Below, in pieces: positions 36,406-46,849 of a DNA stretch of 64,000 nt. How positions within the stretch are numbered: position 1 is the stretch's first letter; each line of letters opens with the position of its first letter. The notes below the pieces were generated by a model. The model was not told the origin of the DNA and made no database searches. It saw nothing but the letters and a program-made list of their open reading frames with translations. Source of the stretch: Candidatus Brocadiia bacterium (GTDB taxonomy: Bacteria; Planctomycetota; Brocadiia; CAIUPP01); the NCBI GenBank assembly GCA_050015075.1, contig JBEKCB010000014.1:1-64000 (forward strand), given 5' to 3'. The position numbers and the translations under genes were made by a program.

Positions 36406-38700
36406 TTATGCTCCGATGGCCATAACGGACTGCAGCTCGACCTGCGTCTTCAGCAACTTCGCGTAGATCCCGCCTTCCTTGTGCGACAGTTCCTCGTGGG
36501 AGCCTTGCTCCGCGATTTCGCCCTTGTCGAGAATGATGAGCCGGCTCGTGCGCCGCAGAGTCGAAAGCCGGTGCGCAATCGCGATGGTGGTCCTCCGCGC
36601 CGTCAGGCGGTCCAGCGCTTCCTGAATCTGCCTTTCCGCCTCCGTATCCACGGAACTGGTGGCCTCGTCGAGGATGAGGATCGCCGGATCGTGCAGGATG
36701 GCGCGGGCGATGCTGATCCGCTGCCGCTCGCCGCCGGAAAGGGTCTGACCGCGCTCGCCCACCATCGTGTCGTAGCCGTCCGGGAAGCCGACGATGAAAT
36801 CGTGCGCGTTGGCGGCCCTGGCGGCCGCGATGATGTCATCGAGCGTGGCCTCCGGGTTGCCGTAGGCGATGTTCCGGGCCACGGTGCCGTAGAACAGGAA
36901 CGGCTCCTGCAGAACGACCCCCGTGCACCGGCGCAACTGTTCGACGTCGTAGTCGCGGATGTCCACGCCGTCAATCAGAATCTGGCCTTCGAGCACGTCA
37001 TAGAATCGGCAGATGACGTTGACCATGGTGGTCTTGCCGCCGCCGCTGGGACCGGCCAGGCCGACCATCTCTCCGGGCTGGATCGTCAGGTCAATGTTCT
37101 TGAGCACCTTGCGGATGCCGTCGTAACTGAAGCTGACGTTGCGAAGCTCGATGCGCCCCTCAATCTTCCGGATCGGCAGTGCGCCGGCTTTTGAGAAGAT
37201 GGCCGGCGCGGTGTCCAAAATCTCGAAAATCCGCTGGACGCTGGTGGCGGCGCGATTGAGCATGCGATCCATGTGAGCGATGCCGTGGATCGGGCCGTAG
37301 AACATCCACATGTACCCGGTGTACGCCATCAGCGTGCCGACGGTCATCTGCCCTTTCACCGTCCAATACCCGCCGACGATCCAGACGAGGAGCGAGCCGA
37401 CCTGCGTGCACAATTCCATCAGCGGACCGTAGAGCGTCCAGACGCCGATCATCTCGACTTCTTTGTCGTAGTAGTCCCCGCTCCTGCCGGTGAAGCGACG
37501 GACTTCGTTGCGCTCCTGGCTGAAGGCCTTGATCACGCGCACACCCGGCAACGCGTCGGACACCACCGCCGTCAGCAGGCTCCAACGGTGGAACAGGCGG
37601 TCGAACCCTTTGTGGAGTTTCTTGTGAAAGACGGTCGTCAGGGCGAACATGATCGGGACCGGCAGCAGGACGATGATGGCCAGTTTCCAGTTCATGAGAA
37701 ACATGAACACGCCGATGCCCACGATGGTCAGAACCGAGACCACCGCCTCAATGACGGTCCATGCCACGAAGTCCCAGATACGGTCGGTGTCGCTGGTGAC
37801 GCGCGTCACGAGCGACCCGGTGGGTTTCTTGGAAAAGAAGCTCAGGCTGAGCTTGTGCAGATGTTCGTAAGCGCGGTCGCGCAGGTCGCGGGCGATGCTC
37901 GCGCCGAGGACGGCCATCAGTCGCTCGCGGAAGGCGCCGGCGACGGCGCTGAACAGCATCAGGCCCGCCATGACTAAAATGTAAATGAGCAGGAGGTGAT
38001 AATCCGCGCCTTTGCTGCCACCCTTGAGGCCCAGGCCGTCATCGAGCATCGGTTTGGTCAGCCAAGGTCGGAACAACCCGGCGGCGGTCACGAGGATCGC
38101 CAGCACAAAGCCGCCGATGGCGCGCGCCCGGTACGGTTTAACGTAGTCGAGCAGGCGGCTCAGCACCTGGCGCCGGCTGGTGCAGGCGGGGCAGACCTCG
38201 CTCCAAGGCGGGATGACACGGTCGCACTTCTCGCAGCGCACCTTTTTCTCGTCGGCTTTCGGGCCTTCCGCAGGCGCCTCGGACTCGCCCTTTCCGCCCA
38301 TGTGGCGTTCCATCCGGCGGTGGAGCTTGGCGACTTCACGGGCATGGCGCAGGGTGAAGCGGTACTCGGCCACGATGGCGTCGTTCGCGATCAGCCGCAG
38401 TACGCTCATGCCGACGCCCTCGACGATGAGCGCGGAGGCCACGCTGCTGAGCGGGCGCCATTCCCCGACCCATTCGCCGTCGCGGGGCCGGAATACGCCG
38501 AGCCGCTTTTCCGTGAGGACGAGATAACCTTCGGCATATCGGCCGTGGTCGTCGAGGTCAAACCTCGCCGCGACCTCTATAATCTCGGGAGCGGCCTCGG
38601 ACCGGATTTTCTCGCCCAGCTCTTCCGGCAAGTGCCCCAGTACGTCAGGCTGATTCGCTTCGGCCACGTTGCGTCCTTTAGGTAAGGCGCCTTCCCGCAT
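36406..38700 (-). CDS. Type IV ABC transporter (TMD+NBD) with an N-terminal accessory domain and Zn-ribbon
   Basis: CEKC...CPAC; 6-TM domain; GPSGGGKT, LSGGERQR, ILDEATSSVD, AHRLST. Confidence 0.9.
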   Translation of the reverse strand: MREGALPKGRNVAEANQPDVLGHLPEELGEKIRSEAAPEIIEVAARFDLDDHGRYAEGYLVLTEKRLGVFRPRDGEWVGEWRPLSSVASALIVEGVGMSVLRLIANDAIVAEYRFTLRHAREVAKLHRRMERHMGGKGESEAPAEGPKADEKKVRCEKCDRVIPPWSEVCPACTSRRQVLSRLLDYVKPYRARAIGGFVLAILVTAAGLFRPWLTKPMLDDGLGLKGGSKGADYHLLLIYILVMAGLMLFSAVAGAFRERLMAVLGASIARDLRDRAYEHLHKLSLSFFSKKPTGSLVTRVTSDTDRIWDFVAWTVIEAVVSVLTIVGIGVFMFLMNWKLAIIVLLPVPIMFALTTVFHKKLHKGFDRLFHRWSLLTAVVSDALPGVRVIKAFSQERNEVRRFTGRSGDYYDKEVEMIGVWTLYGPLMELCTQVGSLLVWIVGGYWTVKGQMTVGTLMAYTGYMWMFYGPIHGIAHMDRMLNRAATSVQRIFEILDTAPAIFSKAGALPIRKIEGRIELRNVSFSYDGIRKVLKNIDLTIQPGEMVGLAGPSGGGKTTMVNVICRFYDVLEGQILIDGVDIRDYDVEQLRRCTGVVLQEPFLFYGTVARNIAYGNPEATLDDIIAAARAANAHDFIVGFPDGYDTMVGERGQTLSGGERQRISIARAILHDPAILILDEATSSVDTEAERQIQEALDRLTARRTTIAIAHRLSTLRRTSRLIILDKGEIAEQGSHEELSHKEGGIYAKLLKTQVELQSVMAIGA

Positions 38701-38716
38701 CTTATGTCACTACGGC

Positions 38717-38745
38717 ATTTTCCGATGATGCTGCGCCGTTGTCAA
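38717..38745 (-). promoter_or_regulatory. Putative sigma70 promoter of the ABC transporter
   Basis: Minus strand TTGACA-17 bp-GAAAAT. Confidence 0.45.
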
Positions 38746-38809
38746 GGCCGCCGGCCTCGATGCGGCCGTGAACCGCCCCTTTCACGCATGCTCGGGCGCG
38801 TTATTGAGC

Positions 38810-38837
38810 TTGACCGCCGCCATTAACAGGATATACT
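38810..38837 (+). promoter_or_regulatory. Putative sigma70 promoter
   Basis: TTGACC-16 bp-TATACT followed by an AT-rich stretch and an AGGAGG RBS. Confidence 0.5.
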
Positions 38838-38881
38838 TATTATAGATAAAGATAGGGTGTGTAGATGAAGGAGGGCGAGCC

Positions 38882-39634
38882 ATGCGCAATAAATTTCCAG
38901 TGATATTCCTGGTTCTTCTCTTTCCGCTAGTTCTCGGATGGGCAATGGCGAGGGCGGCCGATCAGCAGAACGCCGCCGGTTTCAAGATCGTGCTGTCGGA
39001 CGGCAGCCTGCTGAACGGAGCGGTTTCCTTCGTCGTTGACCTCGACACGCAATACGGCCTGATCAAGATACCATCGAGCAGCATGGTATCGGCGCGGTTT
39101 GACGCTCAGCAGGAGTGGGCGGACGTTCGGCTGAACGGAGCCGAACTGAAGATGAAGTATAAACCCGCCACCAGCGACCTGAACGCTAACCTGGCAGGTG
39201 GGCCGCTCAAAGTCGAGCTGGCGAAAGTAGTGGCCATAGACAACGGGTCGGGTGAGGCTGCAAACGCAGCGCCTCCGCAGGCCAATATTTCGCAGGCTCC
39301 GGTGGCTTCTGCTCAGCAACCGTCGCAGGTCGGCGCATCGCAGTATCCGTACCAGTACCAATATCCGTACCAATACGCCCAGCCGGCGCCTTCCTATGAC
39401 TATAGCTATCCTTATTACGGCTATGGCTATAATTATGCGCCGTACTATGGTTACGGCTACGGATCGCCCTATTACGGTATCGGCTTTGGGTGGTGGCCTT
39501 GGTATGGGTATTATGGCGGTTACGGCAGGTACTATGGCGGTTTCCGCGGTGGCTACTACGGTGGCGGTTTCCACGGAGGCTTCAGTGGCGGTTTCCACGG
39601 AGGCGGCGGCCACGGGGGTGGCGGACACAGATAA
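38882..39634 (+). CDS. Secreted hypothetical protein with a Tyr/Gly-rich low-complexity tail
   Basis: Signal peptide; small beta-rich domain; QYPY, YYGYGY and GGFHGG repeats; AGGAGG RBS. Confidence 0.75.
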   Translation: MRNKFPVIFLVLLFPLVLGWAMARAADQQNAAGFKIVLSDGSLLNGAVSFVVDLDTQYGLIKIPSSSMVSARFDAQQEWADVRLNGAELKMKYKPATSDLNANLAGGPLKVELAKVVAIDNGSGEAANAAPPQANISQAPVASAQQPSQVGASQYPYQYQYPYQYAQPAPSYDYSYPYYGYGYNYAPYYGYGYGSPYYGIGFGWWPWYGYYGGYGRYYGGFRGGYYGGGFHGGFSGGFHGGGGHGGGGHR

Positions 39635-39708
39635 GTGCGGACTGCGCCAGGGGCGCGCAGAGCAGTGGGCGCACGGGCAAAGTGCGCTCTTGAAGCGTAA
39701 CCGGCCGG

Positions 39709-42588
39709 CTACTTTCGCCCGACCGGCTCCAGGTTCTCGATTGCCGAAATCACCTTCGCCTTGAGCGCCTCCGCGTCGTAACCGGGCGGCGGCTGCGTCT
39801 GGTCCAGGCGGATTCCCGAGACGGCATTCTCCAGCAGCGCCGTGGCGGCATCGGCGGCGGGTAAATTCCCGCCGGCGCGGCGCGCTTCCCCGATCCGGCT
39901 CCAGAGCGTCTGATAGAGATAGAAGTCCTCCGCGCCCTGGCGGCAGCGCTCGAACTCGATGGTCGGATAGATCGCCTTGCGGCCGTAGCAGATCATGGCC
40001 GTGTCCGGCTCGCGGCCGTCGAGGTCGAAGAACTGGTAGCCGTGCAGGATGTTCAAGTGCCACTGCCAGCGCGCGCGGACGCCCTTGCGGTACTCGCTCC
40101 ATTGATACAAGCCGAACGAGTAGCGCGACGTGCCCTGGTTGTAGATCTGCACTTCCTTTCCCAGACGCTGCGCTTCGGCCATCACCGTCTCGTCATGCTC
40201 GTTGAGGCTGCTGATATCGAGCGCCTCGAAGAACCGCTGGTGCCAGTGGAGCAGATCGCTCGGATCGTCCGGGCGCTGCCTGAATGAGACGCTGTAGCTG
40301 CCGCTGGTGCGGACGGTCGCGGGGAAGGCGGCGCTGACTTTGGCCATCATCCGCATGAAATCGAGCTCGCGTTCGGCCACGTCGCGGACTCGCGTCTCGT
40401 CGCACATCGCGTAGAGGATCGTGGGCCATTGCGCCGCGCGGGCATGCGCGTCCACGGCGCGCCAGGCGCGCATCAGCGCCTCGGGATACGCCAGGCCGCT
40501 CTCCTTCTCGACCTTGGCGCCGGCCGCGCCTTTTTCGTAGCCCTCGTGCAAGTCCAGGAACCGCGCGCCGCCGTAGCCGTTGAGCGGCTTGTCAAAGCCG
40601 TACTTGCGCAGGAGCGCAAAGAAGCGGTCCATCTCGCCGAAGTCAATCACCGGCTCGTCGCCGCTCCAGCCCTTGAGCCGCCAGTCGGGGCCGCCGGAGA
40701 CCGCGTTCATGCCGTGGTCGCGCAGCATCGCGAGCGTCTCTTCCAGCACGTCCCACCTGCGCTCCTCGGGAATCAGCTCCGGCGGCGTGAGGCCGAAGAA
40801 GCCCATGAGAAAATCGGTCCGGCGGTCGAGCGTGACGGGGCGCACGTCGAGCCTCAACGGCGCCCGCAGCAGCGCGTTCCCTTGCGCGTCCTTGAGCACC
40901 AGCGCGCCGGAGTACACGCCGGCGGGCGCGTCTTCGGGGACGCGGACGGTGGCGATCAGCTCGCGCGTGACGTCCTTCGGCAGCGCCACTGCATCCTGGA
41001 TACGCAGCGTGTGCGGCTTCACGCGATACGCGATGTTTCCGAATCCGCGGCTGGTGTTATACCAGACGACCTGGACCTGAGCGGGCAGCGCCGCCGGGCC
41101 TGTCAGCGGCTCCAGTTCCAGCCGGCATTCGCCCAGGTCGCGAAGCGGGCGGAGCGCCAGGCAGAACGACTCGTGCTCGCCGCGCGCGGCAAGGCGCGTC
41201 AGCGCGATATCGCCCGGACTCTTCGGCGCCGGCGCGGGCTTGCCCGCCGAAACCTCGGCGAAGACGGGCGTGGAGTTCGGCGTTACCTCATCTTCGATCA
41301 GCACCGGCCACGCCACGAGGCCCAGCTTCGCCCAGTCCGGCGGGACATCGAAGGCGGCCGCGGGCCGGTCGAGGCAGACGGCCATGCTGCGGAATTCGCG
41401 GGCAAGCTCGTCGAGCTGCTCGCGCAGCCACTGCTCGGACTTCGCGTCGTCCGCGGCGTGGAGCGCCAGCGCTGAGACCTTGCTGCCCCAGACGCGGTCG
41501 GCCTCGAAGCGGAACGTGATCCCGTCCGCGGCGGCTTCCGCCTCGAAGAGCGCCGGCCGGGCGAGTTCCGCGGCCATGTACATGTCCCAGATGTCCGCGC
41601 CGACCGGCTCCACCTCCTCGAAACGGTAGAGCGCGTGCGCGGGGCCGTCGGGGCGTTTCTCGCTCCACGCCTCGCGGCCGTTGGCGAGGATTCGGCGCTC
41701 GCGGTGCTGCGCCTGCTCGCCGGACCAGTAGCCTGAGTTTTCGTAGATGACCATCACGCGGTAGCGGCCGGGCGGAACGTCCACGTGGAAATTATAGCCG
41801 CCCGCCTCGCAGAAATTGCGGATGAGCGCCGGGCCGAATGTCGTGTCGCGCGCCGCGCCGTCCCACGGCGTGCCGCCGGCCGGTCCCCAGCCGAAGCCGC
41901 GTTCCTTGGAGTAGCGCGTCTCGTTCGAGACCGGCGTCCAGCCGGGCATCACGCTCTGGTCGGGCGGGCCGAAATCGAAAGCCCAGATGCCGGCGGGCCG
42001 GCTGACCTTCACCAGGCGCAAGCTCTCGAGCACGATGCGCCCGGTTGCGCCCTTCGCCCCGAACCCGAAGTCCACCCGGACGATACTGTTGACGTCGATG
42101 TTCCGCTTGATATCGTTGTTGCGGCTGCCGGCCTCGCCGCGATAGAGGCCGCCGACGGAGATCACCCAGCGCGTGCGGCCCGGCGCGAGCATCGTGGTCG
42201 CGTTGTGGCGGTTCCAGTACGTGCCGCCCCGGTCCGCCCACGCCCGGTCGGCCACGAGGAAGGATCCCTCGACCGGCTCGGAGGCGGGATTGAATACGTC
42301 GAGGATCAGCGCGTCGTAGCCGGACCAATCGCCGCGTACGCGCCGCCAGCTCATGTACGCCGCTTGATACGGCCCGGCGGGATCGAACGCGATCTCCAAC
42401 GCCTTCCGGCCGGGGATCGCAGGTTCCTGGACCAGCCGCGGCGTGCCGGCGTTGAAGTCCCACGCTTTCAGCGCCGCGTCGTCCTGGAAATCGCACAGCA
42501 CTAACGATTCGTCCGCGCGCGCGAGCGCGGCCAGGAGCAGCGCTGCGGCTATCGCGAGCCCGTGGCCGATGTAACGATGGCTCTTCAT
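39709..42588 (-). CDS. Secreted multidomain glycoside-hydrolase-like protein
   Basis: Signal peptide from MKSHRY (ATG 42588); DWSGYDAL..DVFNP CBM-like domain; AFDFG/GFGW beta-sandwich; ARGEHES Ig-like domain; barrel with CDE and ERCRQGAEDF.Y. Confidence 0.65.
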   Translation of the reverse strand: MKSHRYIGHGLAIAAALLLAALARADESLVLCDFQDDAALKAWDFNAGTPRLVQEPAIPGRKALEIAFDPAGPYQAAYMSWRRVRGDWSGYDALILDVFNPASEPVEGSFLVADRAWADRGGTYWNRHNATTMLAPGRTRWVISVGGLYRGEAGSRNNDIKRNIDVNSIVRVDFGFGAKGATGRIVLESLRLVKVSRPAGIWAFDFGPPDQSVMPGWTPVSNETRYSKERGFGWGPAGGTPWDGAARDTTFGPALIRNFCEAGGYNFHVDVPPGRYRVMVIYENSGYWSGEQAQHRERRILANGREAWSEKRPDGPAHALYRFEEVEPVGADIWDMYMAAELARPALFEAEAAADGITFRFEADRVWGSKVSALALHAADDAKSEQWLREQLDELAREFRSMAVCLDRPAAAFDVPPDWAKLGLVAWPVLIEDEVTPNSTPVFAEVSAGKPAPAPKSPGDIALTRLAARGEHESFCLALRPLRDLGECRLELEPLTGPAALPAQVQVVWYNTSRGFGNIAYRVKPHTLRIQDAVALPKDVTRELIATVRVPEDAPAGVYSGALVLKDAQGNALLRAPLRLDVRPVTLDRRTDFLMGFFGLTPPELIPEERRWDVLEETLAMLRDHGMNAVSGGPDWRLKGWSGDEPVIDFGEMDRFFALLRKYGFDKPLNGYGGARFLDLHEGYEKGAAGAKVEKESGLAYPEALMRAWRAVDAHARAAQWPTILYAMCDETRVRDVAERELDFMRMMAKVSAAFPATVRTSGSYSVSFRQRPDDPSDLLHWHQRFFEALDISSLNEHDETVMAEAQRLGKEVQIYNQGTSRYSFGLYQWSEYRKGVRARWQWHLNILHGYQFFDLDGREPDTAMICYGRKAIYPTIEFERCRQGAEDFYLYQTLWSRIGEARRAGGNLPAADAATALLENAVSGIRLDQTQPPPGYDAEALKAKVISAIENLEPVGRK

Positions 42589-42598
42589 GCACACCTGC

Positions 42599-43590
<992 letters not shown>

Positions 43591-43591
<1 letters not shown>

Positions 43592-44340
43592 CAGCGCACG
43601 GCTCCTCTCTGGCGCGCAGGTTTCGGCGCCGGGTAGCGGTATTCGGCCATCGCCGGCGCGAAGAAATCGAAGTAGTTCACGCCCTTGTCCTGCTTCCACC
43701 GCCCGACCGCGTCGCGCCGGACGATGATCCTGGCCAGGTCAATGCCCAGGAATTCCTCCAAGCGGGAAAGCATCCTCTTCTGGCGGAGGACGAAGTCCTC
43801 GAAACGCACCTCGATCCAGTTCGCGGGCCTCGGCGTGGCCTTGACGATGTCGTACTGGTACTTCCACGAGATGGCGCGCCGGAGCCTGAGATCGTCCGTC
43901 TTCGGATACCGGATGCCGAAGTCGGCCAGGTCATCGGTCACGTGCCCGCCGATGATGCAGTCGCGCGGATCGCGGATCCAGAAGATGTACTTGATCTCCG
44001 GGAACATCCGCGCGATCCACGGATACGCCAGCACCGTCTCAGGGAGCTTCCACCCGCGCGCCGCGGACTTGTCGTCCAGGACCGGCTTCAGATACGAGCG
44101 GATCAGCGCCTGGAAGTTTTTGGGGATCGGCATCGTGTGCAACGTGCTGAAATCCCATTCCAGCCCGCCTTTCCACACCACGTGCCGGGCCATGATGCGG
44201 CACGCTTGGTACATATCCTCTGGCGGCAGCATGTCGCCGGAGTCGTTGATCATGTCGCCCATGAAGACGCCGCTGGCGTAGAGCGTATGGGAAATCGCCC
44301 GGGTTCCCGAATGTCCGCGGCCGATGATCGTGATCAACAT
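43591..44340 (-). CDS. PAPS-dependent sulfotransferase-family protein
   Basis: IIGRGHSGT (5'-PSB-like loop), GWKLP, IRDPRD (3'-PB-like), VRFEDF, L.EFLG, VGRWK. Confidence 0.75.
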
Positions 44341-44350
44341 AATCGGCTGT

Positions 44351-45772
44351 CTAAAGCTGTTTCGCGCCGCGCTGAGTCAGGAGTTCCCTCTGCTGGACTT
44401 GCTTGGCGGCGTTGGGCGATCCGATGTGCAGAGTGTTGTAGGCCTGCCGGGAGGTCTTGAACGTCCCGGCGCCCTTCTTGTGCCAGTCCGTGTGCCAGTT
44501 CAGGTTCGTGTAGATGGGGTTCGTGCGCCCGGTTTCCTTCTCGCGGCGGGCGATGTGCGCCTTCATTCGCTCTTCGAGCATCTTCACGACGGCCGGCTCG
44601 GACTTGGCCACGTTCCGGTTCTCCTGCGGATCGGTGATCAGGTTGTACAGTTCCACCTCGGGCTTGAAGTGGAAGTCCGGCTCGAGCGCGTGGATCAGCT
44701 TCCACTCCGGCGTGCGCCAGCCGTGCTTGCGCATCCAGGTGCACTCGGTGATGTAGAACTCCGGCTCCGGCGTGCGCTCGTGGCCCTCCATCAGCGGGAC
44801 CAGGCTGCGGCCGTCGAACTTGATCCGCGTCTGGATGCCCATGAGATCGAGGATCGTCGGCGTGACGTCCTTCATCTGGCAGCAGTCGCCGAACCGCCGG
44901 CCCGCCGGGACCTTGCCGGGCAGGACGAATGCCAGCGGGATGTGCAGCGTGACGTCGTAGAGGCCGTGGTGGTCGAAAAAGCACTCGTGGTCGTACAGCG
45001 TCTCGCCGTGGTCGGCGTCTATCACCACCAGCGTGTCCTCTTCCAGCCCCAGCGTCTTCAAGCTGGTGAAAATTTGGGCGATGCACGCGTCCATGTACGC
45101 CAGCGCTCCGTCGTACTGCGCGATGACGTATTCCTTGTCCGTGCAGCCCGGCGGGAACCAACTGGCGTGGAAGTCGCAGAACGGCTTGAACTTCATGACC
45201 GGGTCGAGCGAGTGGTTCCGCTTGTCGAATTCGTCGCCTTGATAGAACATCCGGTCGAACGGCTGCGGCGGCAGGTACGGCGCATGCGGGTCCATGTGGC
45301 GCAGGAAGAGGAAGAACGGCTTCTTGCCCGCGGCCAGGCGCTTCAGCTCCGGGAGCGCCGCCGCGTTCAAATTCTCCGCCTTGTGGCTGCGCCCCTGTTG
45401 CCACGAGCCCCAGCCTTCGAAGTCGAGATACTTCTGGAATCCGCGCGACGCCACGTTGCCGCTGAAGCCGACGCACGACGTCGCATAGCCTTCCTTGCCC
45501 AGGATTTCCGCCATCGTTTGCAGTTTCTTCAACAGCCCGCCCTGGTGCCGCAGCGCCACCACGTCCATGCCGAAGGTGTCCAGGCCGGTGAACATGGAGG
45601 TATAGCCCGGCGTCGTCGGGATGTGCGGGCTGAAGACGTTCTCGAAGACCGCGCCGCCCGACATGAACTTGTCCATGTGCGGCGTCGTCAGGCGGGGATA
45701 ACCGTATGTGCTCATGTGGTCGGCGCGGATGCTGTCGATCCCGATCAGGAGCAGGTTCGTCTTGCGTGCCAT
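44351..45772 (-). CDS. Sulfatase-like alkaline-phosphatase-superfamily hydrolase (non-canonical active site)
   Basis: NLLLIGIDSIRADH, TTPHMD, DPHAPY, ADHGE, ELYNL.TDP.E. The signature reads PTTPGYTSMFTG instead of C/SxPxR. Confidence 0.8.
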   Translation of the reverse strand: MARKTNLLLIGIDSIRADHMSTYGYPRLTTPHMDKFMSGGAVFENVFSPHIPTTPGYTSMFTGLDTFGMDVVALRHQGGLLKKLQTMAEILGKEGYATSCVGFSGNVASRGFQKYLDFEGWGSWQQGRSHKAENLNAAALPELKRLAAGKKPFFLFLRHMDPHAPYLPPQPFDRMFYQGDEFDKRNHSLDPVMKFKPFCDFHASWFPPGCTDKEYVIAQYDGALAYMDACIAQIFTSLKTLGLEEDTLVVIDADHGETLYDHECFFDHHGLYDVTLHIPLAFVLPGKVPAGRRFGDCCQMKDVTPTILDLMGIQTRIKFDGRSLVPLMEGHERTPEPEFYITECTWMRKHGWRTPEWKLIHALEPDFHFKPEVELYNLITDPQENRNVAKSEPAVVKMLEERMKAHIARREKETGRTNPIYTNLNWHTDWHKKGAGTFKTSRQAYNTLHIGSPNAAKQVQQRELLTQRGAKQL

Positions 45773-45793
45773 GTGGGTCGCTCTCCTTGTCCT

Positions 45794-46843
45794 TTAATCC
45801 GGCGTTATCGTCACTCGCGTCCCCGAGGCCGCGGATTCGTAACAGGCCAGCACCATGCGCAGCACGTCGCGCCCTTCCGCCGCCGTGGCGATCGGCGGGC
45901 GCCGGCCGGACAGGAACTCCGCCAGCGGGCCGGCCAGTCCGGCGATCCGTTCGCCCTGCCCGTTAATATCCGGGATATCGCTCACCGTCCATCCGGCGTC
46001 GTCGTCCAGCCGCCACTTCAATTGGATTCCGCCCGCCGGTCGCGGCGGCGCAACGCTCACCAGGTCGCCGTAATTGCCGATGATCGTCCCGTTCTGGCAG
46101 ACCACCTCGAGCGTGTTCTCGCCCGCCACCGCCGCAAAGCTGCACGAAACTTCCGCAAAACGGCCGTCGGCGTACCGGAACACGGCGATGGCGTTGTCGT
46201 TGGGGATGCGCGGATTGAGGAGCGTTCCCATCTCCGCCATGACCGTCCGAGGCATGCCCGTCAGCCAGTAGATGAAGTCCATCGCGTGCGCCGCGTCATC
46301 GGCGAAGATGTCGCGGTTGAACTCCGGCCGGACGTGCCAGGTGCGGTCGAAGTCCTTCCACCGTTGCGTGTTCAGGCAATGCCGCCGCCGCACCATGTAG
46401 ACCTTGCCGAACCGGCCCTCGGCCAGCAGCCGCTTCACCTTCACGTTGTGCGGGTCCACGCGCATCTGCCAGGCCAGCGTAAAGGGGACCTTGCTCCGGC
46501 CCACCGCCGCAAGGATGCGGTCCGCTTCGGCCAGCGTCAGCGATAGCGGCTTCTGCAGCGCAATCGGCTTGCCCGCCGCCGCGGCCTTCTCCACCAGTTC
46601 CGCGTGCAGCGACGTCTCCGCGGCGATCACGACCGCATCCACGTCCTTGCGGGAGAGCAACTCCTCGGCCGTCGCCGCGCGCGCAACCTGATGGCGCTCG
46701 CATTCCTTCGCCGCGCGCCCGGCGTCGTGGTCCCAGCCGGCGACGACCTGCGCTCCGAGCTGCGGCTGCTGGCGCCATCTCTCGCAGTACATGCCCACGT
46801 GGCCGTGGGCGAATCCCAGGATGCCGAGGCGAACCGTTCCCAT
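45794..46843 (-). CDS. Gfo/Idh/MocA family oxidoreductase
   Basis: LGILGFAHGH start, LQKP, DDAAHAMD. Confidence 0.85.
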   Translation of the reverse strand: MGTVRLGILGFAHGHVGMYCERWRQQPQLGAQVVAGWDHDAGRAAKECERHQVARAATAEELLSRKDVDAVVIAAETSLHAELVEKAAAAGKPIALQKPLSLTLAEADRILAAVGRSKVPFTLAWQMRVDPHNVKVKRLLAEGRFGKVYMVRRRHCLNTQRWKDFDRTWHVRPEFNRDIFADDAAHAMDFIYWLTGMPRTVMAEMGTLLNPRIPNDNAIAVFRYADGRFAEVSCSFAAVAGENTLEVVCQNGTIIGNYGDLVSVAPPRPAGGIQLKWRLDDDAGWTVSDIPDINGQGERIAGLAGPLAEFLSGRRPPIATAAEGRDVLRMVLACYESAASGTRVTITPD

Positions 46844-46849
46844 ATCCAG

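Noticed and set aside
38810-38845. Seventh copy of the repeated promoter element
   Set aside because: Shares only TTGAC.GC.GCCAT; the CGAC, TCTCAYG and leader similarity is missing.
39640-39700. Hairpin GCGCAC-gggcaaa-GTGCGC between convergent genes as a terminator
   Set aside because: Short stem with a weak U-tract; plausible by chance in GC-rich DNA.
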